NCBI GenBank assembly: GCA_965227295.1
Contig: OZ245742.1
Location: 1,248,001-1,312,000 of the forward strand
Direction of reading: 5' to 3'
Source: Leptonemataceae bacterium
GTDB lineage: Bacteria; Spirochaetota; Leptospiria; Leptospirales; Leptonemataceae
Length of the DNA stretch: 64,000 nt
The position numbers were made by a program, and so were the translations under genes. The number at the start of each line of letters is the position of its first letter. The stretch's first letter is position 1. Shown here piece by piece: positions 1 through 10,242 of the stretch. A model generated the notes under the pieces. That model had not been told where the DNA came from. It saw nothing but the letters and a program-made list of their open reading frames with translations, and made no database searches.

Positions 1-189
1 GGTCACCGGCTCCATCGCAATGAACGAGTCCACGCCCAGAGTAATGTTCACCGCCATGAGAAAAACGAGCAAGACCGAGAGCACGGCCAGGGTTCCCTGT
101 ACGGCGTAACTCATGCGCCGGCCGAAGACGGCCAGCAGTACGGCCGCCCCGCCGGGAATCACGGGAAGCAGAGACAACCAGCCGCTCAC
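1..189 (-). CDS. nuoL: NADH-quinone oxidoreductase subunit L, N-terminal part (runs off window start)
   Basis: GTG at 189 overlaps the nuoK stop; hydrophobic translation VSGWLSLLPVIPGGAAVLLAVFGRRM...; position after nuoK. Confidence 0.7.
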   Translation of the reverse strand, partial: MSGWLSLLPVIPGGAAVLLAVFGRRMSYAVQGTLAVLSVLLVFLMAVNITLGVDSFIAMEPVT

Positions 190-515
190 GACGGCCCCCG
201 GTCTTCGCCCAATTCGGCAATCTCGTCGCTGGCAATGCGCCCGCGGTTCTTGAAGATTAAGATGAGCAGAGATAAACCTACGGCCGCCTCGACGGCCGCG
301 GCGCCGATGGAGAGCATGTAGAGATACTGGCCGGCTTCGGTGCCGCGCCAGAGAAAGTAGTTAAATGCCACAAAGGAAATGTTAATGCCGTTAAGCATGA
401 TCTCCACGCAAATGAGAATCATCATGATGTTCTTGCGCGTGAGTACGCCGTAGAGGCCGGTGCCGGTCAGGACCAGAGAGAGCAGCAGGCAGTTTTGTAG
501 CGTGAAGAAGGACAC
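186..515 (-). CDS. nuoK: NADH-quinone oxidoreductase subunit K
   Basis: RKNIMMILICVEIMLNG and AAVEAAVGL motifs; operon order. Confidence 0.95.
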   Translation of the reverse strand: MSFFTLQNCLLLSLVLTGTGLYGVLTRKNIMMILICVEIMLNGINISFVAFNYFLWRGTEAGQYLYMLSIGAAAVEAAVGLSLLILIFKNRGRIASDEIAELGEDRGPS

Positions 516-1081
516 TAGTCGGTCTCCTTTTCTTGCGCCGGCCGCGGCTTTGCCAGGTTGACCGCGGCGACGATGCCCGCGAGAATCAAGAATGCAGTCA
601 ACTGAAACGAAACGAAGTACGGGCTCTCCGTGCCGTCCGCAAAGAGCAGGCGACCCAGGCTGAGAACGGAACCGAACTCTTCCGGGGCTTCACCGGCGCC
701 GGTGATTTCGGAATCGGGCAGGGCGTTTACGATGAGCGCATACAACAGAGCGCAGCCCGTGATTACGAGCAGCAACACGCGCAGCTTTTCCGGGCCGGTT
801 GCGCTTTCCGCGCGGGCCTGTTCTTCGGAGATGAACGGCGCCGGGTTGATCATCATAACAACGAACGTGAAGAGCACCAGGATGGCGCCGCTGTACACCA
901 GGATCTGCAGCACGCCGACGAACGGTGCGTGCAATAAGATGTAGATGCCCGTCGTGGGCACGAACGAAAAGATGAGCAGGAACGTGGAGCGTACCGGGTT
1001 ACCGATGAGCACCACGGACACGGACAGAAAGACCAGGCTGAAAGCGAGGATTACAAAAAGGGCGTCGGTGAGTTCTCCCAT
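515..1081 (-). CDS. nuoJ: NADH-quinone oxidoreductase subunit J
   Basis: NPVRS and QILVYSGAILVLFTFVVMM motifs. Confidence 0.93.
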   Translation of the reverse strand: MGELTDALFVILAFSLVFLSVSVVLIGNPVRSTFLLIFSFVPTTGIYILLHAPFVGVLQILVYSGAILVLFTFVVMMINPAPFISEEQARAESATGPEKLRVLLLVITGCALLYALIVNALPDSEITGAGEAPEEFGSVLSLGRLLFADGTESPYFVSFQLTAFLILAGIVAAVNLAKPRPAQEKETD

Positions 1082-1103
1082 GTAGTTGCGATGGTTCGTC
1101 TGA

Positions 1104-1571
1104 TTAGTTGTTCAGGAGCCTGTCGATGTCGTAAATGAAGTCCTCGCGTTTGTCGTAAACGCGCGGGACTTTGTTGGTCATTTCGATGGCTTCTTTCGGA
1201 CACGCCTCGACGCAGTAGCCGCAGTAAATACAGCGCAGCATGTCGATGTCAAAGACTTTTGGAATCTTGTCGCGGTCCTGCCATTCGTCCGGCGCGGCCT
1301 GCGCTTCGATGTGAATACACTCCGCCGGACACGCCGTGGCGCACATGAAACAGGCCACGCACTTCATGCGACCCTGGGGATCCCTGGTCAGCCGATGTTC
1401 GCCGCGAAAACGCGCGTTGATATTCGGCTGCTGTTCCGGGTATTGCAGCGTCACCGGTTTGCGAAAAAACTGCGCCAGGGAAATCGCCAGGCCGCGCATG
1501 AGGCGCATGGTGTAATAAAACGCCGAACGAAAACCGGAAAGCGGAACGCGGGATGTCTGGGATTTGTTCAT
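1104..1571 (-). CDS. nuoI: NADH-quinone oxidoreductase subunit I
   Basis: TLQYPE, RFRGEH and two CxxCxxCxxxCP ferredoxin motifs. Confidence 0.96.
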   Translation of the reverse strand: MNKSQTSRVPLSGFRSAFYYTMRLMRGLAISLAQFFRKPVTLQYPEQQPNINARFRGEHRLTRDPQGRMKCVACFMCATACPAECIHIEAQAAPDEWQDRDKIPKVFDIDMLRCIYCGYCVEACPKEAIEMTNKVPRVYDKREDFIYDIDRLLNN

Positions 1572-1590
1572 AAGATTGTCTTAAATGATG

Positions 1591-2661
1591 TTAGCGAGCG
1601 GCAGTCTCGAAGTAGTCGATGTAACGATAGAGTTCGATGACGGCCACGGTCAGGAAGATGTTCGCGACGCCCAGGGGAATGAGGCGATTCCAGCCGAAAC
1701 GCATAAGCTGGTCCCAGCGCACCCGGGGCAGCGTCCAGCGCACCCACATGAAAAAGAAAATCAGCAGCATCGTTTTCGTAAAGTGAATCCCGCCGCTGAT
1801 CACGGCGCCGGCAAATCCTTGCGGGATCGTAACGAACGGCAACGTCCAGCCGCCGAAAAACAGCACGACCATGAGCGCGCACATGACCCACAGCGCCGCG
1901 TACTCGCCGAACATGAACCATCCGAAGCGAATGCCGGAGTACTCGGTATGATAGCCGCCGACGAGTTCCTGCTCGGCCTCGGCCAGGTCGAACGGTGCGC
2001 GATTGGTCTCGGCGAAGGCCGCGATCATGAACAACAGGAACGTCGCCGGTTGCAGGAAGACGTTCCAGGCCGGTAGAAAACCGAGGATCAACGGCCGCTC
2101 GGCCTGTTGCAGAACGGTTTCTACTAAATTAAACGTGCCGGTTAAGAGAATCGTCGCCGCCACGGCCAGGCCCAGGACGATCTCGTAGCTAACGAGTTGC
2201 GCGCAGGCCCGGATGCCGCCGAGCATGGCGTACTGGTTGCCCGAAGACCAGCCGGCGTAGGCGATGCCGTACGAAGCCACCGAAGAAATTGCGAGGATGA
2301 CCACTAACGCAAGATCAACATCAGCTACGACGATGGGTATCATCGCGCCGCCGTCCGTCGCGAGAAAGACCCCCGCCGGAATCAAACCGAACGACATGAG
2401 CCCCGGCAGAAACGTGACGATGGGTGCGGCGAGATAGATCCAGCGATCCGCGCCCTCGGGGCGGAACTGCTCTTTGAAGAGCAGCTTGATGCCGTCCATC
2501 GCGGTCTGGAAGATTCCTGCCGGGCCCATGCGATTGGGGCCCACGCGTCGTTGAATGCGCGCGCTCACCTTGCGTTCCATCCAGACCAGGTTCGGAACGA
2601 TCGACAACATTACCGCCAGGGCAACGCCGGATTTCAGCAGTAGTTCGAGAAAGTAGTCCAT
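1591..2661 (-). CDS. nuoH: NADH-quinone oxidoreductase subunit H
   Basis: ERKVSARIQRRVGPN and AETNRAPFDLAEAEQELVGG motifs. Confidence 0.97.
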   Translation of the reverse strand: MDYFLELLLKSGVALAVMLSIVPNLVWMERKVSARIQRRVGPNRMGPAGIFQTAMDGIKLLFKEQFRPEGADRWIYLAAPIVTFLPGLMSFGLIPAGVFLATDGGAMIPIVVADVDLALVVILAISSVASYGIAYAGWSSGNQYAMLGGIRACAQLVSYEIVLGLAVAATILLTGTFNLVETVLQQAERPLILGFLPAWNVFLQPATFLLFMIAAFAETNRAPFDLAEAEQELVGGYHTEYSGIRFGWFMFGEYAALWVMCALMVVLFFGGWTLPFVTIPQGFAGAVISGGIHFTKTMLLIFFFMWVRWTLPRVRWDQLMRFGWNRLIPLGVANIFLTVAVIELYRYIDYFETAAR

Positions 2662-4112
2662 CAGGTAGCCACGCCCCGCAGTTGCAGCTCGCGCACTTTT
2701 GCGAAGACCTCGCTCACGCTGCGCCCGAACGCGGCCGGTTCCACCGCGGCCTTGAACTTTTGTCGCGAGCCCTGGAAATTCATGAACGATCCCGAAGTCT
2801 CGAAGTGCGTGAGCGTTGACACCATGAGGCTCGCGCGTTTCGCCAGGTCGCTTTCATAAAAGTCGAAGACCGTGACCGTTTCGGCGCGGTCGATGATCGC
2901 CGTGACTTCCGGCGGCGGCGTAAAGTCCGGCACGTTCGAAATGATGACCAGATTGTCGATGTCGCTGTTTGCCAGGTCCGCAAGGTTCGTTGCGACGTCG
3001 CCCAGGATTGTTTCGAATCCGGAGCGGTTCGGATTCTTATCGCCGTGAATCGTGAAACCGGGGAAGGCCTGATCTTCGACGACGTCTTTGCCGAACGCGG
3101 CGATGCGTACGTTCTCGCGATGTTTGACTTCCTCGGACAGAAGTTCGAAGGTCTCACAGTTGTTCCACAGGCCGGCAAGATAGACCGTATTTTTCTGGAA
3201 CAATCGGTCGCCGAGTTTTTCGAAAGCGTCTTTCCAGGGGATCTCAACGACCTGACCGTCCGCAACTTCGCGGCAAAGGTTCAGGCGATCGTCACCGTAC
3301 ACATAGGGAAAACTCAGGCGCCCGTAGTCGCACATCCAGGCTTTGTTCACGGCGTCGTTGCGGCGCGGTCGAATGCGTTTGATCTCGCCCTGGCGATTGG
3401 CGTCCACGTACGTATTGCAACCCACGGAACAGTCGGCGCAGACGGACTCCGCGGACTTCAACTCCCACACGCGCTGGCGATACAAAAAGTCCGAAGAAAC
3501 CAACGCACCCACCGGACAGATGTCCACCGTGTTCATCGACAGCGCATTGTCTAATGTGCGCCCGGGGAAAACTACGATTTCGGAATGATCACCGCGATTA
3601 CCCACGGCGAGTTCGCCGGTGCCGCTGACCTCGTCGGTGAATCGTACGCAACGCGTGCACACGATGCAACGCGAGCCCCAGTACTTCACGTGCGGGCCCA
3701 GCGTGGCTTTCGGGCGCACGACTTTCTCTTCTGCGAAACGGCCGTGGTCCCGCCCGTACTCGTAGCTGTAATTCTGCAAACGGCACTCCCCGGCCTGGTC
3801 GCACTCGGGGCAGTCCAGGGGATGGTTGATCAGCAGAAACTCCATGATCGAGCGTCGCTCCTGCTGTACGTCCTCGCTGATCGTATCGACGTCCATGCCC
3901 TCGGTTACCGGCGTACCGCAGGCGATGACCGGTTTCGGCATGCCGGCGACTTTCACCAGGCACATGCGGCAGTTTCCGGCGATGCTCAGATCCTCATGAT
4001 AACAGTAGTGCGGAACCTCGATGCCGTTCTTGTGGCACGCCTGAATCAGCGACCACTCCGCCGGCACGACATAATCGCGCCCGTTAATCTTTAGTGAAAC
4101 ATTCTTAGCCAT
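2661..4112 (-). CDS. nuoG: NADH-quinone oxidoreductase subunit G (short form, about 483 aa)
   Basis: PHYCYH..GNCRMC, NHPLDCPECDQAGECRLQ, CIVCTRCVRF; start placed at ATG 4112. Confidence 0.93.
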   Translation of the reverse strand: MAKNVSLKINGRDYVVPAEWSLIQACHKNGIEVPHYCYHEDLSIAGNCRMCLVKVAGMPKPVIACGTPVTEGMDVDTISEDVQQERRSIMEFLLINHPLDCPECDQAGECRLQNYSYEYGRDHGRFAEEKVVRPKATLGPHVKYWGSRCIVCTRCVRFTDEVSGTGELAVGNRGDHSEIVVFPGRTLDNALSMNTVDICPVGALVSSDFLYRQRVWELKSAESVCADCSVGCNTYVDANRQGEIKRIRPRRNDAVNKAWMCDYGRLSFPYVYGDDRLNLCREVADGQVVEIPWKDAFEKLGDRLFQKNTVYLAGLWNNCETFELLSEEVKHRENVRIAAFGKDVVEDQAFPGFTIHGDKNPNRSGFETILGDVATNLADLANSDIDNLVIISNVPDFTPPPEVTAIIDRAETVTVFDFYESDLAKRASLMVSTLTHFETSGSFMNFQGSRQKFKAAVEPAAFGRSVSEVFAKVRELQLRGVAT

Positions 4113-5364
4113 TGCTTCGCCTTTCAAATTCGGAGCGGAACTCCGTCACGTAACTCGCCGCCGGCATGGCCGCGGCGTCGGCCAGGGCGCAGATGGTCCG
4201 ACCGCGCATGTTGTTCGTAATCTCAAGCAGCAAGTCGAGATCCTTCGATTGTGTGCCTCCGGCGGCCGACCGCGCGACGATTTTTTCCAGCCAGCCCGTA
4301 CCCTCGCGGCACGGCGTGCACTGGCCGCAACTTTCGTGATGATAAAATCGCATGAGGTTCCAGAGTGCGTCCACCATGTCCGTGTCTTCGTCGAGTACGG
4401 TGATTGCGCCGGAGCCGAGAAAGCTGCCGTAACGGGCGATGCTTTCATAATCGAGGTTCGCTTTTTCAATGCTGTCTCCGGTCAACAGCGGCGTCGACGA
4501 ACCGCCGGGGATTACGGCTTTGATCGCCTTGCCGTTCTTTACGCCGTTGCCGTAGCGGCCGTCGTGGATCAGCGTGCGGAGCGGCGTCCCCAGGGGCACC
4601 TCGTAGTTGCCGGGTTGATTCACGTGACCGGAGAGCGAAAAGATCTTAAAGCCGGGGCTCTTCTCGGTCCCCCATTGCGTGTACCAATCCGCGCCGTTTC
4701 TGACGATGTGCGGAAGATTGCAGATGGTCTCGACGTTGTTGATGATCGTCGGTGCCTGGAACAACCCCGCCACCGCCGGAAACGGCGGCTTGAGCTTCGG
4801 ATAACCGCGATTGCCCTCGATGGATGTGAGCATGGCCGTCTCTTCACCGCAGATGTACGCTCCGGCCCCGCGGACCAGGCTGATCCTGAAGTCGTAGCCT
4901 GTGCCGAAGATGTTCGTACCGAGAAAACCCTTTGCTTCGGCCGCTTTGATCGCCGCGCGCATCCGTTCGTAACCGAGAATGAATTCCCCGCGCAAATAAC
5001 AAAACGCATGATGACAGCCGATGGCGAAACCGGCGATGATCATGCCTTCGATTAACTGGTGCGGATCGCATTCTAAGAGATAACGATCCTTGAAGGTGCC
5101 CGGCTCGGACTCGTCCCCGTTTACGACGAGGTACGTCGGCTTGCCGGTATCTTTCGCGAGAAACGACCACTTGCGTCCCGTGGGAAAGCCGGCCCCCCCG
5201 CGCCCGCGCAGCCCGGAGTCGAGCACGGTCTTGATGATCGCCTCGGGTTCGAGGCCGAGGGCGTTCCGGGCCGTGTCGTACCCGCCGCGGCCGAGATAAT
5301 GCTCCATCGTCCACGCGTTGTCTTCGTGGATGTAGCGGGTGAGTACTGGTTCGAAGTGTTGCAT
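4105..5364 (-). CDS. nuoF: NADH-quinone oxidoreductase subunit F
   Basis: GRGGAGFPTG, GAGAYICGEET, ESCGQCTPCREG. Confidence 0.97.
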   Translation of the reverse strand: MQHFEPVLTRYIHEDNAWTMEHYLGRGGYDTARNALGLEPEAIIKTVLDSGLRGRGGAGFPTGRKWSFLAKDTGKPTYLVVNGDESEPGTFKDRYLLECDPHQLIEGMIIAGFAIGCHHAFCYLRGEFILGYERMRAAIKAAEAKGFLGTNIFGTGYDFRISLVRGAGAYICGEETAMLTSIEGNRGYPKLKPPFPAVAGLFQAPTIINNVETICNLPHIVRNGADWYTQWGTEKSPGFKIFSLSGHVNQPGNYEVPLGTPLRTLIHDGRYGNGVKNGKAIKAVIPGGSSTPLLTGDSIEKANLDYESIARYGSFLGSGAITVLDEDTDMVDALWNLMRFYHHESCGQCTPCREGTGWLEKIVARSAAGGTQSKDLDLLLEITNNMRGRTICALADAAAMPAASYVTEFRSEFERRSNG

Positions 5365-5378
5365 TAGTTTCTGATTGG

Positions 5379-5539
5379 ACTCCGAGGACCGAGGGTCCGA
5401 GGTGAAAGAAAGAGGGAAGTTAAGGGACGGCTATGAAATTCTTCTTCGGATGAATACCTGCATACTAAGATGGCTTTCATAGCAAAACACCCCATCAATC
5501 AACCTCCCATTCTTCCCTCGGTACCTCGGTCCTCGGAGT
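5379..5539. repeat. REP/MITE-like element with 16-bp terminal inverted repeats
   Basis: ACTCCGAGGACCGAGG (5379-5394) and its reverse complement CCTCGGTCCTCGGAGT (5524-5539) between nuoE and nuoF. Confidence 0.8.
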
Positions 5540-5550
5540 AACAAACCTCT

Positions 5551-6129
5551 TCAAGGTACGTCCTGTTTCACGGGTATATGCGGAATCCCCGTCTCCATCC
5601 TCCGCCCGACCTGGCTCGCGTAATCCTTTGCCGACCTGCCCTCGCTTTTCAGCAAGTCCTCCAGCATACTGCGCAATGCTTCACCGCTTATTTTTACATG
5701 ATGCACGGAGTCCACCTGGATCACCGGCGGGCGGTCGCAATCGGCGAGGCACTCGACCTTCTCCAATGAAAACAATCCGTCCTGGGTAATCTCGCCGGGT
5801 TTGATGTTCAGCACCGCTTCGATTTCCCGGAGCGCGTCCTTCGCCCCGCCGAGATCGCACATGAGCGTGCGACAGACCATGAGCCGGTGTTTCCCGTGCC
5901 AGGGCCGCTTAAAGTGCGTATAAAAACTCGTCATGCCCAGGACGTGGGATGGAGCCACCTCGCACAGCTCCGCGGCCAGCTCCATGCCGGCGTCGTCGAT
6001 GCAGCCGAACTCGCGTTCCACGAGACGCAGGATCATCAACAGCGCGGACTTCTTGTTCGGGAAGTCCGCGAGGATCTCGTCCGCCTCGGCGCGGGCCGCC
6101 GTCGATAGTTGTGCGATGTGCGTGCTCAT
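5551..6129 (-). CDS. nuoE: NADH-quinone oxidoreductase subunit E
   Basis: VCRTLMC and VECLADC 2Fe-2S ligands; SFYT. Confidence 0.93.
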   Translation of the reverse strand: MSTHIAQLSTAARAEADEILADFPNKKSALLMILRLVEREFGCIDDAGMELAAELCEVAPSHVLGMTSFYTHFKRPWHGKHRLMVCRTLMCDLGGAKDALREIEAVLNIKPGEITQDGLFSLEKVECLADCDRPPVIQVDSVHHVKISGEALRSMLEDLLKSEGRSAKDYASQVGRRMETGIPHIPVKQDVP

Positions 6130-6151
6130 TCTAATGATAACAAAAAGTAAC

Positions 6152-7363
6152 TTAGCGGTCCAGCTCGCCGGCGATTACGTTGAACGAACCCAGGATCGTT
6201 ACCAGGTCCGCCACCATGTGGCCTTCTAAAATTTTGCTGTAGATCTGGTAATTGTGAAACGACGGCGGCCGGACGCGCAGTCGGTACGGCGACGAACCGC
6301 CGTCGGAAACGATGAAGAAACCCAGTTCGCCGTTGGGCGCTTCGGTCGCGGAGTAACCGGAAGTCTTCGCGGGCTGAATGCCGTGGTTGCCGCCGGGCAT
6401 AATGACTTTGAAGTGATGGATCAACGATTCCATGTCCGTGTAGACGGAGAGTTTGTCCGGGAGCACGTGCTTCTGATCCTCGAAGTTGATCGGGCCCGGT
6501 TCCAGGCGCTCCAGCGCCTGTTCGATGATTCGAATGGACTGGTCCATCTCGTCCAGGCGAATCGCGTAGCGCGCGTAAGAATCGCCCTCGGTATAACACG
6601 GCACGTCGAAGGAAAACTCGGCGTAGTCCATGTACGGACGAAAGCGGCGCAGATCATAGTGCACTCCCGAGGCGCGGGCGATGGGGCCGCTCAGCCCGTA
6701 GTCCAGGGCGTCCTCGCGCGAAATGACGCCGATCCCTTTCGTGCGATTCAGGAAGATGGGATTTTCCAGAAACGAATCGCGGAAGCGGCCGACGGTTTCT
6801 TTGACGCCGACGAGCAGAGCGCGCGTGCGTTCTTCGAAGTCCGCCGGCAGGTCGAAGGCCAGGCCGCCGACGCGGGTGTAGCTGGTCGTCAGGCGCGTGC
6901 CCGTTACGGATTCAAAAACGTCGTAGAGTTTTTCGCGCTCGACGAAGGCCCAGAGAATAGAAGAAAACGCGCCGATGTCCATGGTCATGGCGCCCATCGA
7001 GAAGATGTGATCGGCGATGCGGGACATCTCGGCCAGGATGATGCGGATCAACCGGCAGCGTCGCGGTACGCGGATGTCGAGCAGATCCTCCACGGCCAGG
7101 GCGTAGCCGATGTTGTTGTTCAGCGGCGAGATGTAGTTCATGCGATCGGTCACCGTCACGAACTGATTGTACGAACGATATTCCGCGAGCTTCTCGAAGC
7201 CCGTGTGCAGGAAGCCGATCTCCTGGTCGCAGCGAATTACCTTCTCGCCCTCGATCTCCAGCATGAGCCGCAACGTACCGTGCGTCGCCGGATGCGACGG
7301 GCCCACGTTCATGTGAAGGGTGTTCTCTTTCTCTTCGATGATTTCGGAGGAGTAGGTATACAT
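6152..7363 (-). CDS. nuoD: NADH-quinone oxidoreductase subunit D
   Basis: GPSHPATHGTLRL, DRMNY, EAPNGELG, C-terminal GELDR; start placed at ATG 7363. Confidence 0.96.
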   Translation of the reverse strand: MYTYSSEIIEEKENTLHMNVGPSHPATHGTLRLMLEIEGEKVIRCDQEIGFLHTGFEKLAEYRSYNQFVTVTDRMNYISPLNNNIGYALAVEDLLDIRVPRRCRLIRIILAEMSRIADHIFSMGAMTMDIGAFSSILWAFVEREKLYDVFESVTGTRLTTSYTRVGGLAFDLPADFEERTRALLVGVKETVGRFRDSFLENPIFLNRTKGIGVISREDALDYGLSGPIARASGVHYDLRRFRPYMDYAEFSFDVPCYTEGDSYARYAIRLDEMDQSIRIIEQALERLEPGPINFEDQKHVLPDKLSVYTDMESLIHHFKVIMPGGNHGIQPAKTSGYSATEAPNGELGFFIVSDGGSSPYRLRVRPPSFHNYQIYSKILEGHMVADLVTILGSFNVIAGELDR

Positions 7364-7514
7364 GCAGATGGCGTAACAAGGAAGACCGAAACGCTTCGAT
7401 TTTGATTTAGACGCGGCCCCCGGAAACGGCCAGTACTTTCCAGGCCCGCTCTGCGGAACGCGGGGTAAAAAGTAAGGGGGTCGTGAGATTCGATCTGATT
7501 GAAGGTGTGACGCC

Positions 7515-9179
7515 TCAGTCGAGGCGGATTCCCAGGGACTCCTGTGCTTCGGCACCGTCCAACTGTGTGCCGGGGGAAGTATCGAGGCCGCCCTCCGATC
7601 CGTAATAAATGAAGACCCTGCCCGGTATACCGAAGCCCGTATCCGAAACGGCAAGATCGTTGTAGCCGTTGCCGTCCCAGTCCCCTGTCTGCAAGTCGAT
7701 TCCGAACGTGCTCGCCGTGCCGGTGAACTGGTACAGAAGGTCCGCCCCGCCGACGCTTGCCGGAATGCTTGAACCGCCCGGAATGATGCTCACCAGCCCG
7801 AGCCCCGGAAACGTTGTGATCATTTCGGGAATGCCGTCGTTGTTCAGGTCGCCGGCACCGGCGCTGCTGCTGTCCGAAGCGACGGCGGGGGTAAACATCG
7901 CGTCCGCAGACGTTTGCACGCTCGACGTGAAACCGGCCGCGGTGCTCAAAAAGAGATACGTAAGATCGGCGTTGGCGGCAATCAATATGTCGCCCCGGCC
8001 GTCGTTGTTGAAGTCCGCGAACTGCGGGTCCACGCCGAGTTCGCCGCCGCCCACGCCGGAGAAGGTGGCGTCCGCCGTGCCGAGGCTGGCCGTGGCCGCA
8101 CCGCCCGCGATGCCGCTTGCGCTTCCGGAGAATATGTAGACGCGACCGTCGACTCCGCCGGCCGCCCACCCTATAGACGACACCGCCAGTTCGGCGAAAC
8201 CGTCGCCGTCTACGTCCGCGATTTGCAGAAAAGAGCCGGCCTCGTCGTTCGCGTTCTCGGCGCTCAGCACGGTCGTAGCCGTGGCGGACGGACCGGCCGC
8301 GCTTCCGTAGTAGATGCGCACGGTGCCGGCGCTGCCGTTTTCGAGGGTGGCGCCGGCGGCGATGTCGTCGTAGCCGTCCCCGTTGAGATCGCCCGCGGCC
8401 ACGGCGTCTCCCAACTGGGCGTTCAGCGGTCCCGACATCGTGACGTCGGCCTCCGTTGAGGCCGTGGTTGCAATCCCGCCGGCCCGGCCGTAGAAAACGT
8501 AGACCGCCCCGGAGTTGGCGAAAGGTGTCTCCACGTCCATGGCGCCGACGATCAAATCGGAGTAGCCGTCCCCGTTGACGTCGCCGCTGACCACGTCGTT
8601 CGCGAACTGATCGCCCGTCGCCGCTCCGTCGATGACGGTATCCGGTGCCGCCGTGGACAGGCCGCTGTCGATCCGGGCACCGCCGTGATACACGTAGACG
8701 CGGCCCGGAACCCCCGTGCGCCGGCCGGCCAGTACCAGATCGCGATACCCATCGCCGTTTAGATCGCGATTGTGTTGCTTCGTGATGCTCAGGGTTGTGA
8801 GGTCGGATGACGGCGACGGGAAGATCGACCGCACCCGGACCGTGAGCGTGTGTTGGCTGCCCTCACGCCAGGTCAGCGGCAGGCGATAGGAGAACGCGTT
8901 CCCGACCAGCGTTGCCGTCTCAAAGCTGCCGCCGTCAGCGGATACCTCAACGCCGAACACGCCCGTGGAAGAAGCTACGGTGCCCGTAAAGAATCCACTC
9001 ACGGCGTCCCCTCCATCGCGAAAGTTGGAAGTAAGTAAGGCCCCGTCGGGCACCTGGACCAGGAACGCCGTGAGTGGATTGCACAGTACGTCCATGGATA
9101 CGCAGTCCGCCCGGGTGTGATTGCACTGTGCGCAAAGCAATAGCGCACCGGCTGCAACGAAACGGGGAAAAACGTTCAT
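7515..9179 (-). CDS. FG-GAP/integrin-alpha-like repeat protein, probable lipoprotein
   Basis: About six DxNxDGxxD repeats with GxVYV(Y/F)xG segments; signal peptide with Cys. Confidence 0.85.
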   Translation of the reverse strand: MNVFPRFVAAGALLLCAQCNHTRADCVSMDVLCNPLTAFLVQVPDGALLTSNFRDGGDAVSGFFTGTVASSTGVFGVEVSADGGSFETATLVGNAFSYRLPLTWREGSQHTLTVRVRSIFPSPSSDLTTLSITKQHNRDLNGDGYRDLVLAGRRTGVPGRVYVYHGGARIDSGLSTAAPDTVIDGAATGDQFANDVVSGDVNGDGYSDLIVGAMDVETPFANSGAVYVFYGRAGGIATTASTEADVTMSGPLNAQLGDAVAAGDLNGDGYDDIAAGATLENGSAGTVRIYYGSAAGPSATATTVLSAENANDEAGSFLQIADVDGDGFAELAVSSIGWAAGGVDGRVYIFSGSASGIAGGAATASLGTADATFSGVGGGELGVDPQFADFNNDGRGDILIAANADLTYLFLSTAAGFTSSVQTSADAMFTPAVASDSSSAGAGDLNNDGIPEMITTFPGLGLVSIIPGGSSIPASVGGADLLYQFTGTASTFGIDLQTGDWDGNGYNDLAVSDTGFGIPGRVFIYYGSEGGLDTSPGTQLDGAEAQESLGIRLD

Positions 9180-9724
9180 AGATTCCTGGAATGCCCCCGC
9201 GTGGCCGCGTAGACCGGAAAGCTCGCCCGCTCGCCGCGACCGCGGAGCGGGTAGTCTTTGCGCAGCGGATGCCCGTCGTAGTCGTCGGGCATGAGGATGC
9301 GCTTCAGATTCGGATGATCGCTGAAGCGGATGCCGTACAAATCGTAAACTTCACGTTCGCACCAGTTAGCGCCCGCGAAGATCGACGCAACCGATGCAAT
9401 CTCGGCGCCGTTCTCCGGAAGATGGCAGGTGAAGCGGACGCGCTGGCCCAGTTCCGGCGAAAGCAGGACATAGACGACGGCGTAACGCCCCGGTCGCGGC
9501 TCGGAGTAGTCGGCGTAGTCGACAGCACTCAGGTCGATGAAGTACGTAAAGCGCAGCTCCGGATCCTGTTTGATCGCTCGCAGCAAGCCGAAGATTGCGA
9601 GCGCCTCGACCTCGAAGGACCAGCCGCCCGGTTCCTCCCGGGCCTCGCCGCGTAGCGCACCGCCCGCATGTTTCTCAATGCGTTCCCGAGTATGCGCCTT
9701 GTTTTCGGGGCGATGAATGATCAT
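9176..9724 (-). CDS. nuoC: NADH-quinone oxidoreductase subunit C
   Basis: ANWCEREVYDLYGIRFSDHPNLKRIL..GHPLRKDYP. Confidence 0.96.
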   Translation of the reverse strand: MIIHRPENKAHTRERIEKHAGGALRGEAREEPGGWSFEVEALAIFGLLRAIKQDPELRFTYFIDLSAVDYADYSEPRPGRYAVVYVLLSPELGQRVRFTCHLPENGAEIASVASIFAGANWCEREVYDLYGIRFSDHPNLKRILMPDDYDGHPLRKDYPLRGRGERASFPVYAATRGHSRNL

Positions 9725-9743
9725 AGACTCATCTTGCTAAAAG

Positions 9744-10220
9744 TTAGCGAGTGACGTATTCCGCCGAGCGATGTTCGCCGCGCTGCGCTTTTTTCTGGAT
9801 CATCAACAGCGCGTCGATGAACGCCTCCGGCCGCGGCGGGCAACCGGGGATGTAGGCGTCCACGGGAATGAACTGGTCCACGCCCTGAATCAACGTGTAG
9901 GTATTGAAGACGCCGCCCGTGGAAGCGCAGGCGCCCATCGAGATGCACCACTTCGGTTCGGGCATCTGTTCCCAGATGCGTGTGAGCACCGGCATCATCT
10001 TAAGCGAGATGCGCCCGCTCACGATCAACAGGTCCGACTGACGTGGGGAGAACTTCAGAACCTCGGCGCCGAAGCGCGACGAGTCGTACTTCGGCATGTA
10101 GGACGCCATCATCTCAATGGCGCAGCAGGCCACGCCGAAGGGCATGGGCCACAGCGACTTCGCGCGCGCATAGTTGATGATGGTATCCAGGCGCGTTGTG
10201 GAAAAATCAAAATCGGACAT
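9744..10220 (-). CDS. nuoB: NADH-quinone oxidoreductase subunit B
   Basis: [27 protein letters not shown]. Confidence 0.97.
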   Translation of the reverse strand: MSDFDFSTTRLDTIINYARAKSLWPMPFGVACCAIEMMASYMPKYDSSRFGAEVLKFSPRQSDLLIVSGRISLKMMPVLTRIWEQMPEPKWCISMGACASTGGVFNTYTLIQGVDQFIPVDAYIPGCPPRPEAFIDALLMIQKKAQRGEHRSAEYVTR

Positions 10221-10242
10221 AGCTCATAAATTGCGTGCGCGA

